The translations under genes and the position numbers were made by a program. Below, in pieces: positions 1 through 8,908 of a stretch of 64,000 nucleotides of DNA. Source of the DNA: Minisyncoccota bacterium (lineage in GTDB: Bacteria > Patescibacteriota > Minisyncoccia > Phycocordibacterales > PALSA-1337); the NCBI GenBank assembly GCA_041666915.1, contig JBAYFZ010000001.1:73086-137085 (forward strand), written 5' to 3'. Position 1 is the stretch's first letter; every line of letters starts with the position of its first letter. The notes beneath the pieces are model-generated. The model ran no database searches. It worked only from the letters and a program-made list of their open reading frames with translations, and was not told the origin of the DNA.

Positions 1-152
1 AGACTTTGAAAGAAGTTGGACCAGATCATGATAAAAAATTCACTCTCGGTGTTTTCCTCGGTGATGTTCAAGTTGCTAGTGGTTCCGGACCTTCCAAACA
101 AGAAGCCGAACAAAAAGCTGCTGAGAAGGCCCTAGCTATCAAAGGCTGGTAA
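1..152 (+). CDS. rnc: Ribonuclease III, C-terminal dsRNA-binding domain (5' partial)
   Basis: Frame from base 3 reads ...GPDHDKKFTLGV...GSGPSKQEAEQKAAEKAL, a dsRBD motif; TAA at 150-152; lies upstream of smc as usual. Confidence 0.9.
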   Translation, partial: TLKEVGPDHDKKFTLGVFLGDVQVASGSGPSKQEAEQKAAEKALAIKGW

Positions 153-200
153 TACTCTTATATTTGTTGTATTGTCTCTGTGAAGGAGGACATTTACATT

Positions 201-443
201 ATGAAAAGTAATCGTAAAAAGATTAGCTTTTTTAGTCGTTCTAGGAAGAAGCTCAAGATTGACGTGACAAAGTTAATGCAGGCTTGTGGGCATTGTGGAG
301 AGAAAATGCCCATAATAAGTTGGCCTGAGCACATTAAAAGTTGTCCCAAGAGGAACGCTAATCCAATTGCACCTTTTGGTTCAAAACGTCATAGGAATAT
401 TCGTACGAGATTGAGGATTTTGGAGAGTATGGATTTGGTGTAA
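201..443 (+). CDS. Small basic hypothetical protein with a possible zinc finger
   Basis: ORF with CGHC...H...C motif; start uncertain (180 GTG or 201 ATG). Confidence 0.5.
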   Translation: MKSNRKKISFFSRSRKKLKIDVTKLMQACGHCGEKMPIISWPEHIKSCPKRNANPIAPFGSKRHRNIRTRLRILESMDLV

Positions 444-539
444 CTCTTCGGAGTAACACTCGCAATCCCCGTAGCTGTAATAGCTGTGGGGATTTTTTCA
501 TATAAAGAAAAATAAGGTAGAATATAAGCTAATACTCCG

Positions 540-2813
540 ATGTATCTAAAATCACTGGAACTTTCCGGATTCAAGTCATTCGCCAAAAAAGCGACGCTTA
601 GCTTCACGTCTCCGATAACAGGTATTGTTGGGCCGAATGGTTCGGGTAAATCCAACATGGCTGAGGCATTTCGTTTCGTTCTCGGTGAACAATCCATCAA
701 ATCTTTGAGAGGTAAGAAAGGTGAAGATATGATCTGGAATGGTGGTGGAGAAGTGGGAACAAATACAAATAGAGCCAATCGAGCTAGTGTCAAACTCGTC
801 TTTGATAATTCCCGCAGACTTTTTCCTACTATTGATTTCGATGAAGTAAGTTTAGAAAGAGTGGTCAATCGTGATGGGGTCAACGAATATCTTTTGAATG
901 GTAGTCAGGTTAGGTTGAAGGATATCGTAGAACTTTTGGCTGGGGCACATATCGGTGCTACCGGACACCATATCATTTCTCAAGGTGAAGCAGACAGGAT
1001 CCTTGGTGCATCTATACGCGAAAGAAGGGAAATGATAGAAGATGCTCTCGGTCTCAAGATTTATCAATGGAAAAAACAAGAGAGTATTCGCAAGTTAGAA
1101 AGAACCGAGGAAAACATGAAGCAAGTGGAATCTTTGAGAAGAGAGATCGCTCCGCATATCAAATTTTTGAAGAAACAGGTTGAAAAGGTTGAAAAAGCCG
1201 AAGAACTTCGTCGTGAGCTTGTTATTTTGTACAAGGAATATTTTGCTGTAGAAGATTATTATATAAAAACAGAAAAGGAAAAAGTTTTGCAAGAATTGGC
1301 TCCGCCAAAAAAAGAGCTTGTAGAATTGGAACAATCTCTGTTGACAGCAAAGAAGATTTTGACCGACTCCAAAGTGGCTGATAAAAAGAGTGGTGAGATT
1401 ATCGCTTATGAAGAAAAATTGAAAACTGTTCGTGCTGATAAAGACGCTTCGGTCCGTGAGCTTGGTCGTCTAGATGGAGAAATAAATGCTAATAAGAGGG
1501 CTATAGAAAAAGAAGAGAGTAGGAGAAAGAAGGAAGAATTCCAAACTGTTTATCTCAAAGATGTTGAGGAAGTTATTTCAAGAGTTGAACTTTTGAATTC
1601 AATATCCGATGCCAAGCAATTATTTACAGAAGTTATAGGACTTCTAAAAGGTTTTGTGACTGGACATAGAACTGCAACTGACTCTGCTTTTATAGGTGAA
1701 GCTGAGCAGGATATATCTAGACTTTCTGAAGAGAAAAAAGTTCTTGAAGTGAAGATTCAGTCCATTTTGAACGAAGAATCAAGATTGACTAGTGAGTACA
1801 ATAATCTCAGGAATACTATTGAAAAGGAAAAAGATACCGACCGTGAAGCTGAGAAGAACATTTTCAGGATTATTGCTCGTCAAAATGAGATACGAAATGT
1901 TATTTCCATTTTGAGTTCTAGACTTGAAGTTTTGAATAGGGAAGAAGATGCTTTCAAACAAGAGTTGGGGCAAGCGGGTATTGTGGTTGGAAGGGAGGCA
2001 GTGGATTACAAAGGCTTTGTTGCTACTGGGAATGACAGGACAATTCAAGAAGAGAGAAGAAAGAAGATAGAAAGAAGCAAAATTCGTCTAGAAGATGCTG
2101 GTGGTGGAGGCACAGAAGTTTTGAAGGAATATAGAGAGACCGAAGAAAGGGATACTTTCTTACAAAGGGAACTTGCAGACCTTGAAAAAGCTAAAGAAGA
2201 ACTTTTGAAGCTCATAAAGGATCTAGATATTCGCATTGATTATGAATTCAAGAGTGGTATTTTGAAGATTAATGACGAATTCCAGAAATATTTCAATTTG
2301 ATGTTCGGTGGAGGTCGTGCTTCTTTGGAGATCGTCAAAGAAACAAAGAGAAGGAGAAATTCTGATATAGAAGATTTGGGAGAAATACTTTCAGGTTCTA
2401 TTCCTGAAGAAAATTCGGGAGATGGTTCTGCTGTAGCCGACGAAAATCAAAACGCCCTAGAAGGATTAGATGTGAATGTTTCTCTGCCTAGGAAGAAGGT
2501 AAAGGGCCTCATGATGCTTTCTGGTGGCGAAAGGGCCCTGACTTCTATTGCTTTGCTCTTTGCCATCTCTCAAGTCAATCCACCGCCATTCATCATCCTA
2601 GATGAAACTGACGCGGCTTTGGATGAAGCCAATTCCAAAAAATATAGTGACATGATAGAGAATCTTTCCAAACATTCACAGTTGATACTTATCACTCACA
2701 ATCGCGAGACTATGTCACGTGCTGGCGTCATATATGGTGTCACCATGGGAGCCGATGGTGCTTCCAGACTCCTCTCTATTGCTTTTGAGGAGGCGGTCGT
2801 GGTGGCGAAGTAG
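540..2813 (+). CDS. smc: SMC-family chromosome segregation ATPase, short form (757 aa)
   Basis: MYLKSLELSGFKSF start, Walker A GPNGSGKS, Q-loop ISQG, signature LSGGE, Walker B/D-loop LDETDAALD. Confidence 0.93.
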   Translation: MYLKSLELSGFKSFAKKATLSFTSPITGIVGPNGSGKSNMAEAFRFVLGEQSIKSLRGKKGEDMIWNGGGEVGTNTNRANRASVKLVFDNSRRLFPTIDFDEVSLERVVNRDGVNEYLLNGSQVRLKDIVELLAGAHIGATGHHIISQGEADRILGASIRERREMIEDALGLKIYQWKKQESIRKLERTEENMKQVESLRREIAPHIKFLKKQVEKVEKAEELRRELVILYKEYFAVEDYYIKTEKEKVLQELAPPKKELVELEQSLLTAKKILTDSKVADKKSGEIIAYEEKLKTVRADKDASVRELGRLDGEINANKRAIEKEESRRKKEEFQTVYLKDVEEVISRVELLNSISDAKQLFTEVIGLLKGFVTGHRTATDSAFIGEAEQDISRLSEEKKVLEVKIQSILNEESRLTSEYNNLRNTIEKEKDTDREAEKNIFRIIARQNEIRNVISILSSRLEVLNREEDAFKQELGQAGIVVGREAVDYKGFVATGNDRTIQEERRKKIERSKIRLEDAGGGGTEVLKEYRETEERDTFLQRELADLEKAKEELLKLIKDLDIRIDYEFKSGILKINDEFQKYFNLMFGGGRASLEIVKETKRRRNSDIEDLGEILSGSIPEENSGDGSAVADENQNALEGLDVNVSLPRKKVKGLMMLSGGERALTSIALLFAISQVNPPPFIILDETDAALDEANSKKYSDMIENLSKHSQLILITHNRETMSRAGVIYGVTMGADGASRLLSIAFEEAVVVAK

Positions 2814-2939
2814 GATAATTTATCCGCCATTATGGAGAAATTGGAAAAGACATTCGATATGAATATTGCAGTCAATCGCAACCTCAATTCATGGTAAAAT
2901 AGCTCTACATAAACGAAATGGCATATAAATATTTTGTAT

Positions 2940-3998
2940 ATGAATAAAAAAATAATAAACAACATCAACATTCGTTCATCTGCTGCAGAGTATCTAACCT
3001 TTGTGTCTGCAACAGGAAATCAAGAAAACGCGATTGAAATGCGTTATGAGGACGAAAACATTTGGCTTACGCAAAAACTGATAGCTGAGCTTTATGGTGT
3101 TTCTGTCCAGGCGATAGACCAGCACGTCAAAACACTTATTGAAGTTGGCGAGCTTGATGAGGCAACTATCAAGCAGTACTTGATAGTTCAAAATGAGGGG
3201 AAGCGAGTAGTGCAAAGAAAGGTGGATCACTATAATCTCCAAGCAATTATTTCCGTTGGTTTCAAAATTGAAAATGAGCGAGCTGTGCAGTTTCGTAAAT
3301 GGGCGCGTCAGATCGTAAAAGACTACACTATTCAGGGCTGGACGATGAATGTAGATAGACTCAAACAAGCATATCAATTTGATAAAGAATTCTTCAAACG
3401 TCAATTGCAAAAAATCCGTGAAATTCGTCTCAGTGAACGCATGTTTTATCAAAAAGTTACGGACATTTATGCTACTAGCGTTGATTACGACCCATCTTCC
3501 TCGATAACACTTAACTTCTTCAAGAAAGTGCAAAACAAACTTCATTATGCAGTACACAGACATACTGCCCCAGAACTGATTGTGGAGCGGGCAAATGCTA
3601 CTAAGGATCATATGGGGCTTGAAACTTGGGAAAGTGCACCAAGAGGTAAAATCCAAAAATATGATGTTTCCGTAGCCAAAAATTACCTCACTCCAAAAGA
3701 GATGGAATTTCTTGAAAGACTTGTCTCTATGTATTTAGATTACGCCGAGCTCCAAGCAGATCGTAATATACCAATGACAATGGAAGACTGGGCGAAACGC
3801 TTGGATAAATTTATTGAGTTTAATGGAGCGGAATTATTGGTTAGTGCTGGAAAAATCAGTCATGAAGAAGCCATAATTCATGCTCAAACTCAATTTGAAA
3901 AATATCGCATTGTGCAAGACAAGGTATTTGAAAGCGACTTCGATCATTTTATGCAGTTAGAAAAAGCAGAAAATGAATACAAAAAATATCGCATATAG
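2940..3998 (+). CDS. RhuM family (virulence RhuM/Fic-associated) DNA-binding protein
   Basis: IWLTQKLIAELY, HYNLQAIISVGF, FRKWA, IREIRLSERMFYQKVTDIYA, VAKNYL motifs. Confidence 0.9.
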   Translation: MNKKIINNINIRSSAAEYLTFVSATGNQENAIEMRYEDENIWLTQKLIAELYGVSVQAIDQHVKTLIEVGELDEATIKQYLIVQNEGKRVVQRKVDHYNLQAIISVGFKIENERAVQFRKWARQIVKDYTIQGWTMNVDRLKQAYQFDKEFFKRQLQKIREIRLSERMFYQKVTDIYATSVDYDPSSSITLNFFKKVQNKLHYAVHRHTAPELIVERANATKDHMGLETWESAPRGKIQKYDVSVAKNYLTPKEMEFLERLVSMYLDYAELQADRNIPMTMEDWAKRLDKFIEFNGAELLVSAGKISHEEAIIHAQTQFEKYRIVQDKVFESDFDHFMQLEKAENEYKKYRI

Positions 3999-4119
3999 AT
4001 GACTATAACTTAGCAAATTTTGTGCTTGTCGTCAGGCTCGATTGGTTCTTTATTCGTAACAATGATAACGCCTTATTCTGTCAATATCGCTTTTTTTGCT
4101 GATATGATAATGTTGACCT

Positions 4120-5184
4120 ATGAAAGTCAAAGATTTAAAGAATAAATTCCTAACTCGTTTCTCCAATGATGTCGGTATAGATCTCGGTACCGCCAACACT
4201 CTAGTTTACGTACAAGGCAAAGGTATAGTGGTCTCTGAACCTTCTGTGGTCGCTGTCAACGAAAAGACCGGGCAGGTGGTGGCTGTTGGGAAGGCTGCAA
4301 AAGAAATGCTCGGTAGAACCCCTGTGCACATCACTGCTGTACGACCACTCGTAGACGGTGTCATCTCTGACTTTGAAGTTACAGAAGAAATGATTGCTTA
4401 TCTATTGAAGCGTGCTGGAGAATTTATGCCAAAACGATTCCTTGGTCCACGAGTAGTGGTCGGAGTTCCTTCTGGAGTTACCAATGTGGAAGTTCGAGCT
4501 GTACGTGATGCTACGAAAAATGCTGGAGCTAGAGAAGTCTACGTCGTAGAACAACCCATCGCTGGAGCTATTGGTATTCGCTTACCGATCTTTGAACCTA
4601 TCGGAAGTATGATCATAGATATTGGTGGAGGCACCGCTGATATTGCCGTTATTTCACTCGGGGGTATTGTCCAGTCAAAGAGTCTCAAAGTTGCTGGTGA
4701 TAAATTGAATAGTGATATCATTTCTTATATTCGTAACGAATTCAAAATTCTCATTGGTGAGACTACAGCTGAACAAGTCAAAATATCTGTAGGAGCCGTT
4801 GTACCAGGAGAACCTTTGGAAACAACTATTCGTGGACGCGATCTCATCACAGGTTTGCCACGCGAAGTCGTCATCACTGATTCAGATATTCGTGAAGCTA
4901 TCGGTCAATCTATTGAAGTCATCGTTTCCTCTACTAGAGAAGTCCTTGAAACAACTCCACCAGAGATCCTTTCTGACATTATGCGAAGGGGAGTATTCTT
5001 GGTCGGTGGCGGAGCACTTATAAAAGGTTTGGACAGATTGCTTTCGGAGACTCTCCAATTACCAGTCACTATAGCTGACGATCCTCTCACTGCTATCGCT
5101 CGTGGTGCTGGTATTATTCTAGAAGATTTGGAAACCTATAGTCCTATTTTATTACACAGTGAAGATGACTTACTTAGAACCTAA
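4120..5184 (+). CDS. mreB: Rod shape-determining protein MreB
   Basis: GIDLGTANT, RPLVDGVISDF, DIGGGT, LVGGGAL actin-fold motifs. Confidence 0.97.
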   Translation: MKVKDLKNKFLTRFSNDVGIDLGTANTLVYVQGKGIVVSEPSVVAVNEKTGQVVAVGKAAKEMLGRTPVHITAVRPLVDGVISDFEVTEEMIAYLLKRAGEFMPKRFLGPRVVVGVPSGVTNVEVRAVRDATKNAGAREVYVVEQPIAGAIGIRLPIFEPIGSMIIDIGGGTADIAVISLGGIVQSKSLKVAGDKLNSDIISYIRNEFKILIGETTAEQVKISVGAVVPGEPLETTIRGRDLITGLPREVVITDSDIREAIGQSIEVIVSSTREVLETTPPEILSDIMRRGVFLVGGGALIKGLDRLLSETLQLPVTIADDPLTAIARGAGIILEDLETYSPILLHSEDDLLRT

Positions 5185-5950
5185 AAGACGTAGTAATACA
5201 AAAATAATCACGCTTATCACGGTCGTTGTCTTTATTGTATTTATTTTAATTCAAATATTTATACCACATATTTTCTCGGCTATATTCACCAGTATGGTCG
5301 CGCCATTTTGGCGAGCAGAATTTTCTATAGAAAGTGGAAGTCTCTCTTCACCTTCAGCTTTGCTTCGCGAGAATGAAGCTTTGAAACAAGAACTATCTTC
5401 GGTATTGGCTAGGATGAATGTTATTGAGTATATTGATTTTGAGAATTCTGAACTCCGTTCTCAAATGAGTAGAGGTTCGTCTACTACTCCGCATGTTTCA
5501 GTTGTTGTTTTGAAGCGACCACCTTTTTCATCTTATGATGAACTTATCATTGATGCCGGATTAGATCGTAATATTTCAACTACCAGTACCGTCTATGCTA
5601 ACGGAAATATCCCTATTGGTAGAGTCTTTGAAGTTTCGGGGCAGACTTCAAAAGTTATTCTTTTTTCTTCACCCAATCAAAAACAAGAAGTGCTCATTGG
5701 TCCGACTCATATTCCAGCTACAGCTATAGGTCGTGGCGGAGGTCAATATGAGGTAGAATTGCCAAGGGGTTTACAAGTTAATGAAGGTGATTTCGTCATT
5801 CTAGCTTCTTCTGATACTAGGCCAATAGGTAAAGTTGTTTCAATCAGTTCTGATTCAGCCGAACCTTTCCAAAAAATACTTTTTTCTCCACCAATCAATA
5901 TTTATGAATTAAGATGGGTCTCGGTTGATGTTGGTGGCAAGAAAAGATAA
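5165..5950 (+). CDS. mreC: Rod shape-determining protein MreC
   Basis: N-terminal TM, coiled coil LLRENEALKQEL, IIDAG/IGRV beta region; overlaps mreB stop. Confidence 0.85.
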   Translation: MTYLEPKRRSNTKIITLITVVVFIVFILIQIFIPHIFSAIFTSMVAPFWRAEFSIESGSLSSPSALLRENEALKQELSSVLARMNVIEYIDFENSELRSQMSRGSSTTPHVSVVVLKRPPFSSYDELIIDAGLDRNISTTSTVYANGNIPIGRVFEVSGQTSKVILFSSPNQKQEVLIGPTHIPATAIGRGGGQYEVELPRGLQVNEGDFVILASSDTRPIGKVVSISSDSAEPFQKILFSPPINIYELRWVSVDVGGKKR

Positions 5951-5955
5951 TTTGT

Positions 5956-6338
5956 TGTCATTCCCGCGAAGGCGGGAATCCAGGATATTACCAAGACATA
6001 ACGAATAGTATGAATAAGGTATATTATGTTTATATATTAGCGAATGATAAGAATGGTACTTTGTATATAGGTGTTACTAATGATCTTAGAAGAAGGTTAT
6101 ATGAACATAAGAATAACCTAGTAAAAGGATTTACAAAGAAATATAATGTCCATAAACTAGTTTGGTACGAATATACTAATAGTATTGATTCTGCAATACA
6201 AAGAGAGAAACAGCTTAAGAAATGGAACCGTAAGTGGAAGATTAGACTAATTGAAGAAACCAATCCTATTTGGAAAGATTTATCTAATGACGATCTGTAG
6301 TGGTAATATCCTGGATTCCCGCCTTCGCGGGAATGACA
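5956..6338. mobile_element. Putative autonomous hairpin-ended element: 38-bp perfect terminal inverted repeats enclosing a GIY-YIG gene
   Basis: 5956-5993 TGTCATTCCCGCGAAGGCGGGAATCCAGGATATTACCA is the exact reverse complement of 6301-6338; ORF 6010-6300 fills the interior. Confidence 0.75.
6010..6300 (+). CDS. Small stand-alone GIY-YIG nuclease
   Basis: YYVYILA...LYIGVTNDLRRRLYEH...FTKKYNVHKLVWYE...AIQREKQLKKWNRKWK. Confidence 0.95.
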   Translation: MNKVYYVYILANDKNGTLYIGVTNDLRRRLYEHKNNLVKGFTKKYNVHKLVWYEYTNSIDSAIQREKQLKKWNRKWKIRLIEETNPIWKDLSNDDL

Positions 6339-6344
6339 CAAAAA

Positions 6345-6626
6345 ATGAACAAAAATACAATTAAAAGATTAATATGTGACTTACTGATCTTAATATCAGT
6401 TATGAATGGTTGGTGGCCAATTGCTATAGTTGTTGGCTTATTCGGTAATTGGTTCTTCTTGTATTTTATAGAAATAATAATCGCTGGAGTAATATTTGAT
6501 TCACTTTTTGGTTACAACCAATATCTTGGAGTAGTCGGATATTATGGAACAATAATAACTGTAGTCATTTTCATCATAATTTCCGGATTGAAGAAAGTGT
6601 TAGGAAGAGGAAATAATATGTCATAA
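6345..6626 (+). CDS. Small membrane protein in the mreD position
   Basis: Hydrophobic ORF between mreC and PBP2; ATG 6345 lies just after the right inverted repeat. Confidence 0.65.
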   Translation: MNKNTIKRLICDLLILISVMNGWWPIAIVVGLFGNWFFLYFIEIIIAGVIFDSLFGYNQYLGVVGYYGTIITVVIFIIISGLKKVLGRGNNMS

Positions 6627-6633
6627 TGCAATC

Positions 6634-8355
6634 ATGGTTATGAATTTTAGAAAAATAATATCTTGGAGACGTACTTCAAAAAGAGGACTAGAAATAGATC
6701 CTGATGAAGTCATGCTTGATTCTAGCAACCTTCCAAATTATGATACTTCTCAATTTGAAGGACGTCTGGAAAAACCAATTTCAAGAGCGATGCTTTATTA
6801 TGTCATCGTCATTTTTGTAATAATCGCATTTATTTTTACTATTCAAGCTTTCAAATTACAGATTATCCATGGATCCGAATATCAAGCCAGAAGTGAGAAC
6901 AATACTTTACGACCAGTTCCTATATTTGCAGGAAGGGGACTCATCTTAGATCGTAATGGAATAATGCTCGCGTGGAATTCTCCGGTTACAGATAAAGATG
7001 ATAAAGATGCTGTGTCAGTCCGTAATTACGCTACGACTACTGGTTTGGCACACGTACTCGGGTATGTTCAGTATCCGTCAAAAGATTCCAAGGGATTTTA
7101 CTATCAAGAAGATTTTAGAGGGGAAGCTGGTGTAGAAAAATATTATGATGAAAAATTATTAGGAACCCCCGGTTCTAGGTTGGTAGAAGTAGATGCTCAT
7201 GGGAAAGTTGTCTCCGAAGATGTGGTTCGTCCGCCCGTCCAAGGGCAAAATCTTGTTTTGTCTATAGATAGTCGTGTTCAATCGGCTGTTTTCAATAATC
7301 TTCGCGACATAGCTACGCGAGTAGGTTTCAGTGGTGGTGCTGGAGTTATCATGGACGTTAAAACAGGAGAAATTCTGACCCTTACCAGTTATCCAGAATA
7401 CAATTCCCAAATTATGTCAGATAAGACCAATTCATCAGCGGTTCGCGCAATGTTAAATGATAAGAGTTTACCTTTTCTTGATAGGGCAGTAGACGGTTTG
7501 TACACTCCGGGTTCTATCGTCAAACCTTTCGTAGCTTTGGGAGTACTTAATGAGAAAGTTATTGATCCAGATAAGATAATAGTAACCACTGGTTCTATTT
7601 CTATTCCAAATCCTTATGATGATACGAAATCTACTATCTTTCGTGATTGGAAAAATCTAGGTCCTGTAGATATGCGACACGCTATCGCTATGTCATCTGA
7701 TGCCTATTTCTATACAGTTGGTGGTGGTTTCAAAGATCAAAAAGGTTTGGGTATTATAAAAATAGATAAATATTTGAAAATGTTTGGCTTCGGTACTACG
7801 ACTTTAGATGGCAGTTCATCTTTTCTTTTGGATAAGGCTGGTACGATACCAACACCAGAATGGAAATTGAAAACATTTAATGAAAGTTGGTTTGTCGGAG
7901 ATACTTATCACACCGCTATCGGCCAATATGGTTTTCAGGTAACTCCAATGCAGATTATCCGTGCTCTCGGTGCTGTTGCCAATGAAGGAACTATTTTGAG
8001 TCCAACTATTCTAAAAGATGACAATGTTCATACAGAATCAAAGATTCCCATTCCAAAAGAGTATTTTGATATTGTTCACGAAGGTATGCGACTTTCAACC
8101 AAGATTGGTACTAGTGTTGCTTTGAACGTGTCTTATGTTGATATTGCTGGTAAATCTGGTACAGCTGAACTTGGAGTTTCAAAGAGCAAGGTCAACTCTT
8201 GGATTACTGGTTTTTGGCCTTATGAGAATCCAAAATATGCTTTTGTCTTGATGTTGGAACAAGGTTCGGTCCACAATCTCATCGGTGCCGCCGCCGCAAT
8301 GCGTCAGACGCTAGATTGGATGAGTGTAAATACTCCGGAATATTTCAACAAATAA
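6634..8355 (+). CDS. mrdA: Penicillin-binding protein 2
   Basis: PGSIVK (SxxK), SSD (SxN-like), KSGTAE motifs; N-terminal TM; mre operon context. Confidence 0.92.
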   Translation: MVMNFRKIISWRRTSKRGLEIDPDEVMLDSSNLPNYDTSQFEGRLEKPISRAMLYYVIVIFVIIAFIFTIQAFKLQIIHGSEYQARSENNTLRPVPIFAGRGLILDRNGIMLAWNSPVTDKDDKDAVSVRNYATTTGLAHVLGYVQYPSKDSKGFYYQEDFRGEAGVEKYYDEKLLGTPGSRLVEVDAHGKVVSEDVVRPPVQGQNLVLSIDSRVQSAVFNNLRDIATRVGFSGGAGVIMDVKTGEILTLTSYPEYNSQIMSDKTNSSAVRAMLNDKSLPFLDRAVDGLYTPGSIVKPFVALGVLNEKVIDPDKIIVTTGSISIPNPYDDTKSTIFRDWKNLGPVDMRHAIAMSSDAYFYTVGGGFKDQKGLGIIKIDKYLKMFGFGTTTLDGSSSFLLDKAGTIPTPEWKLKTFNESWFVGDTYHTAIGQYGFQVTPMQIIRALGAVANEGTILSPTILKDDNVHTESKIPIPKEYFDIVHEGMRLSTKIGTSVALNVSYVDIAGKSGTAELGVSKSKVNSWITGFWPYENPKYAFVLMLEQGSVHNLIGAAAAMRQTLDWMSVNTPEYFNK

Positions 8356-8437
8356 TCGTAAAGTGGATATATGTATTGAATTCCACAACATTTCTTGCTA
8401 GTATATGAATGATTAACCTTAATTTTCAATACTATTT

Positions 8438-8905
8438 ATGTCAACTGATGTTCAGTATCTTACAAGTGAGAAGTTTAGTGAGTTACAAAAGGAGCTAGAT
8501 TTTCTCAAAGTTGAGAGACGCAAGGAGATTGCTGAGCATTTGGAGTATGCCAAGAAGCTCGGTGACTTATCTGAAAATGCAGAATATCATCAAGCTCGTG
8601 AAGACCAAGCTGAGGTAGAAGGTCGTATCGGCAAGATTGAAAGCATATTGAAGAATGCTGTTATGATCGGTGTTGGAGGTACAGAAGTTATCACTATCGG
8701 TTCAACTTTTAGACTCTTGAAAGAAGGAGACAACAAGTCATATCTTTATACTATAGTCGGTTCAGAAGAAGCTGATATGGCTTTGGGTAAAATTTCCAAT
8801 TTATCCCCACTCGGTTCAGCATTGCTTGGTCACAAGAAAGGTGACAAAGTTGCAGTCAATACTCCAAAAGGTAAAATTGTCTATACTATAGATATCATTA
8901 AATAA
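8438..8905 (+). CDS. greA: Transcription elongation factor GreA
   Basis: GDLSENAEY, ISNLSPLGSALLG. Confidence 0.97.
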   Translation: MSTDVQYLTSEKFSELQKELDFLKVERRKEIAEHLEYAKKLGDLSENAEYHQAREDQAEVEGRIGKIESILKNAVMIGVGGTEVITIGSTFRLLKEGDNKSYLYTIVGSEEADMALGKISNLSPLGSALLGHKKGDKVAVNTPKGKIVYTIDIIK

Positions 8906-8908
8906 AAA

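Noticed and set aside
389-3656. Antisense ORFs over smc and the RhuM gene (and similar shadow ORFs elsewhere)
   Set aside because: They are shadows of well-supported genes on the opposite strand
6300-6344. Start of the membrane ORF at 6300
   Set aside because: It lies within the right inverted repeat; ATG 6345 is more plausible
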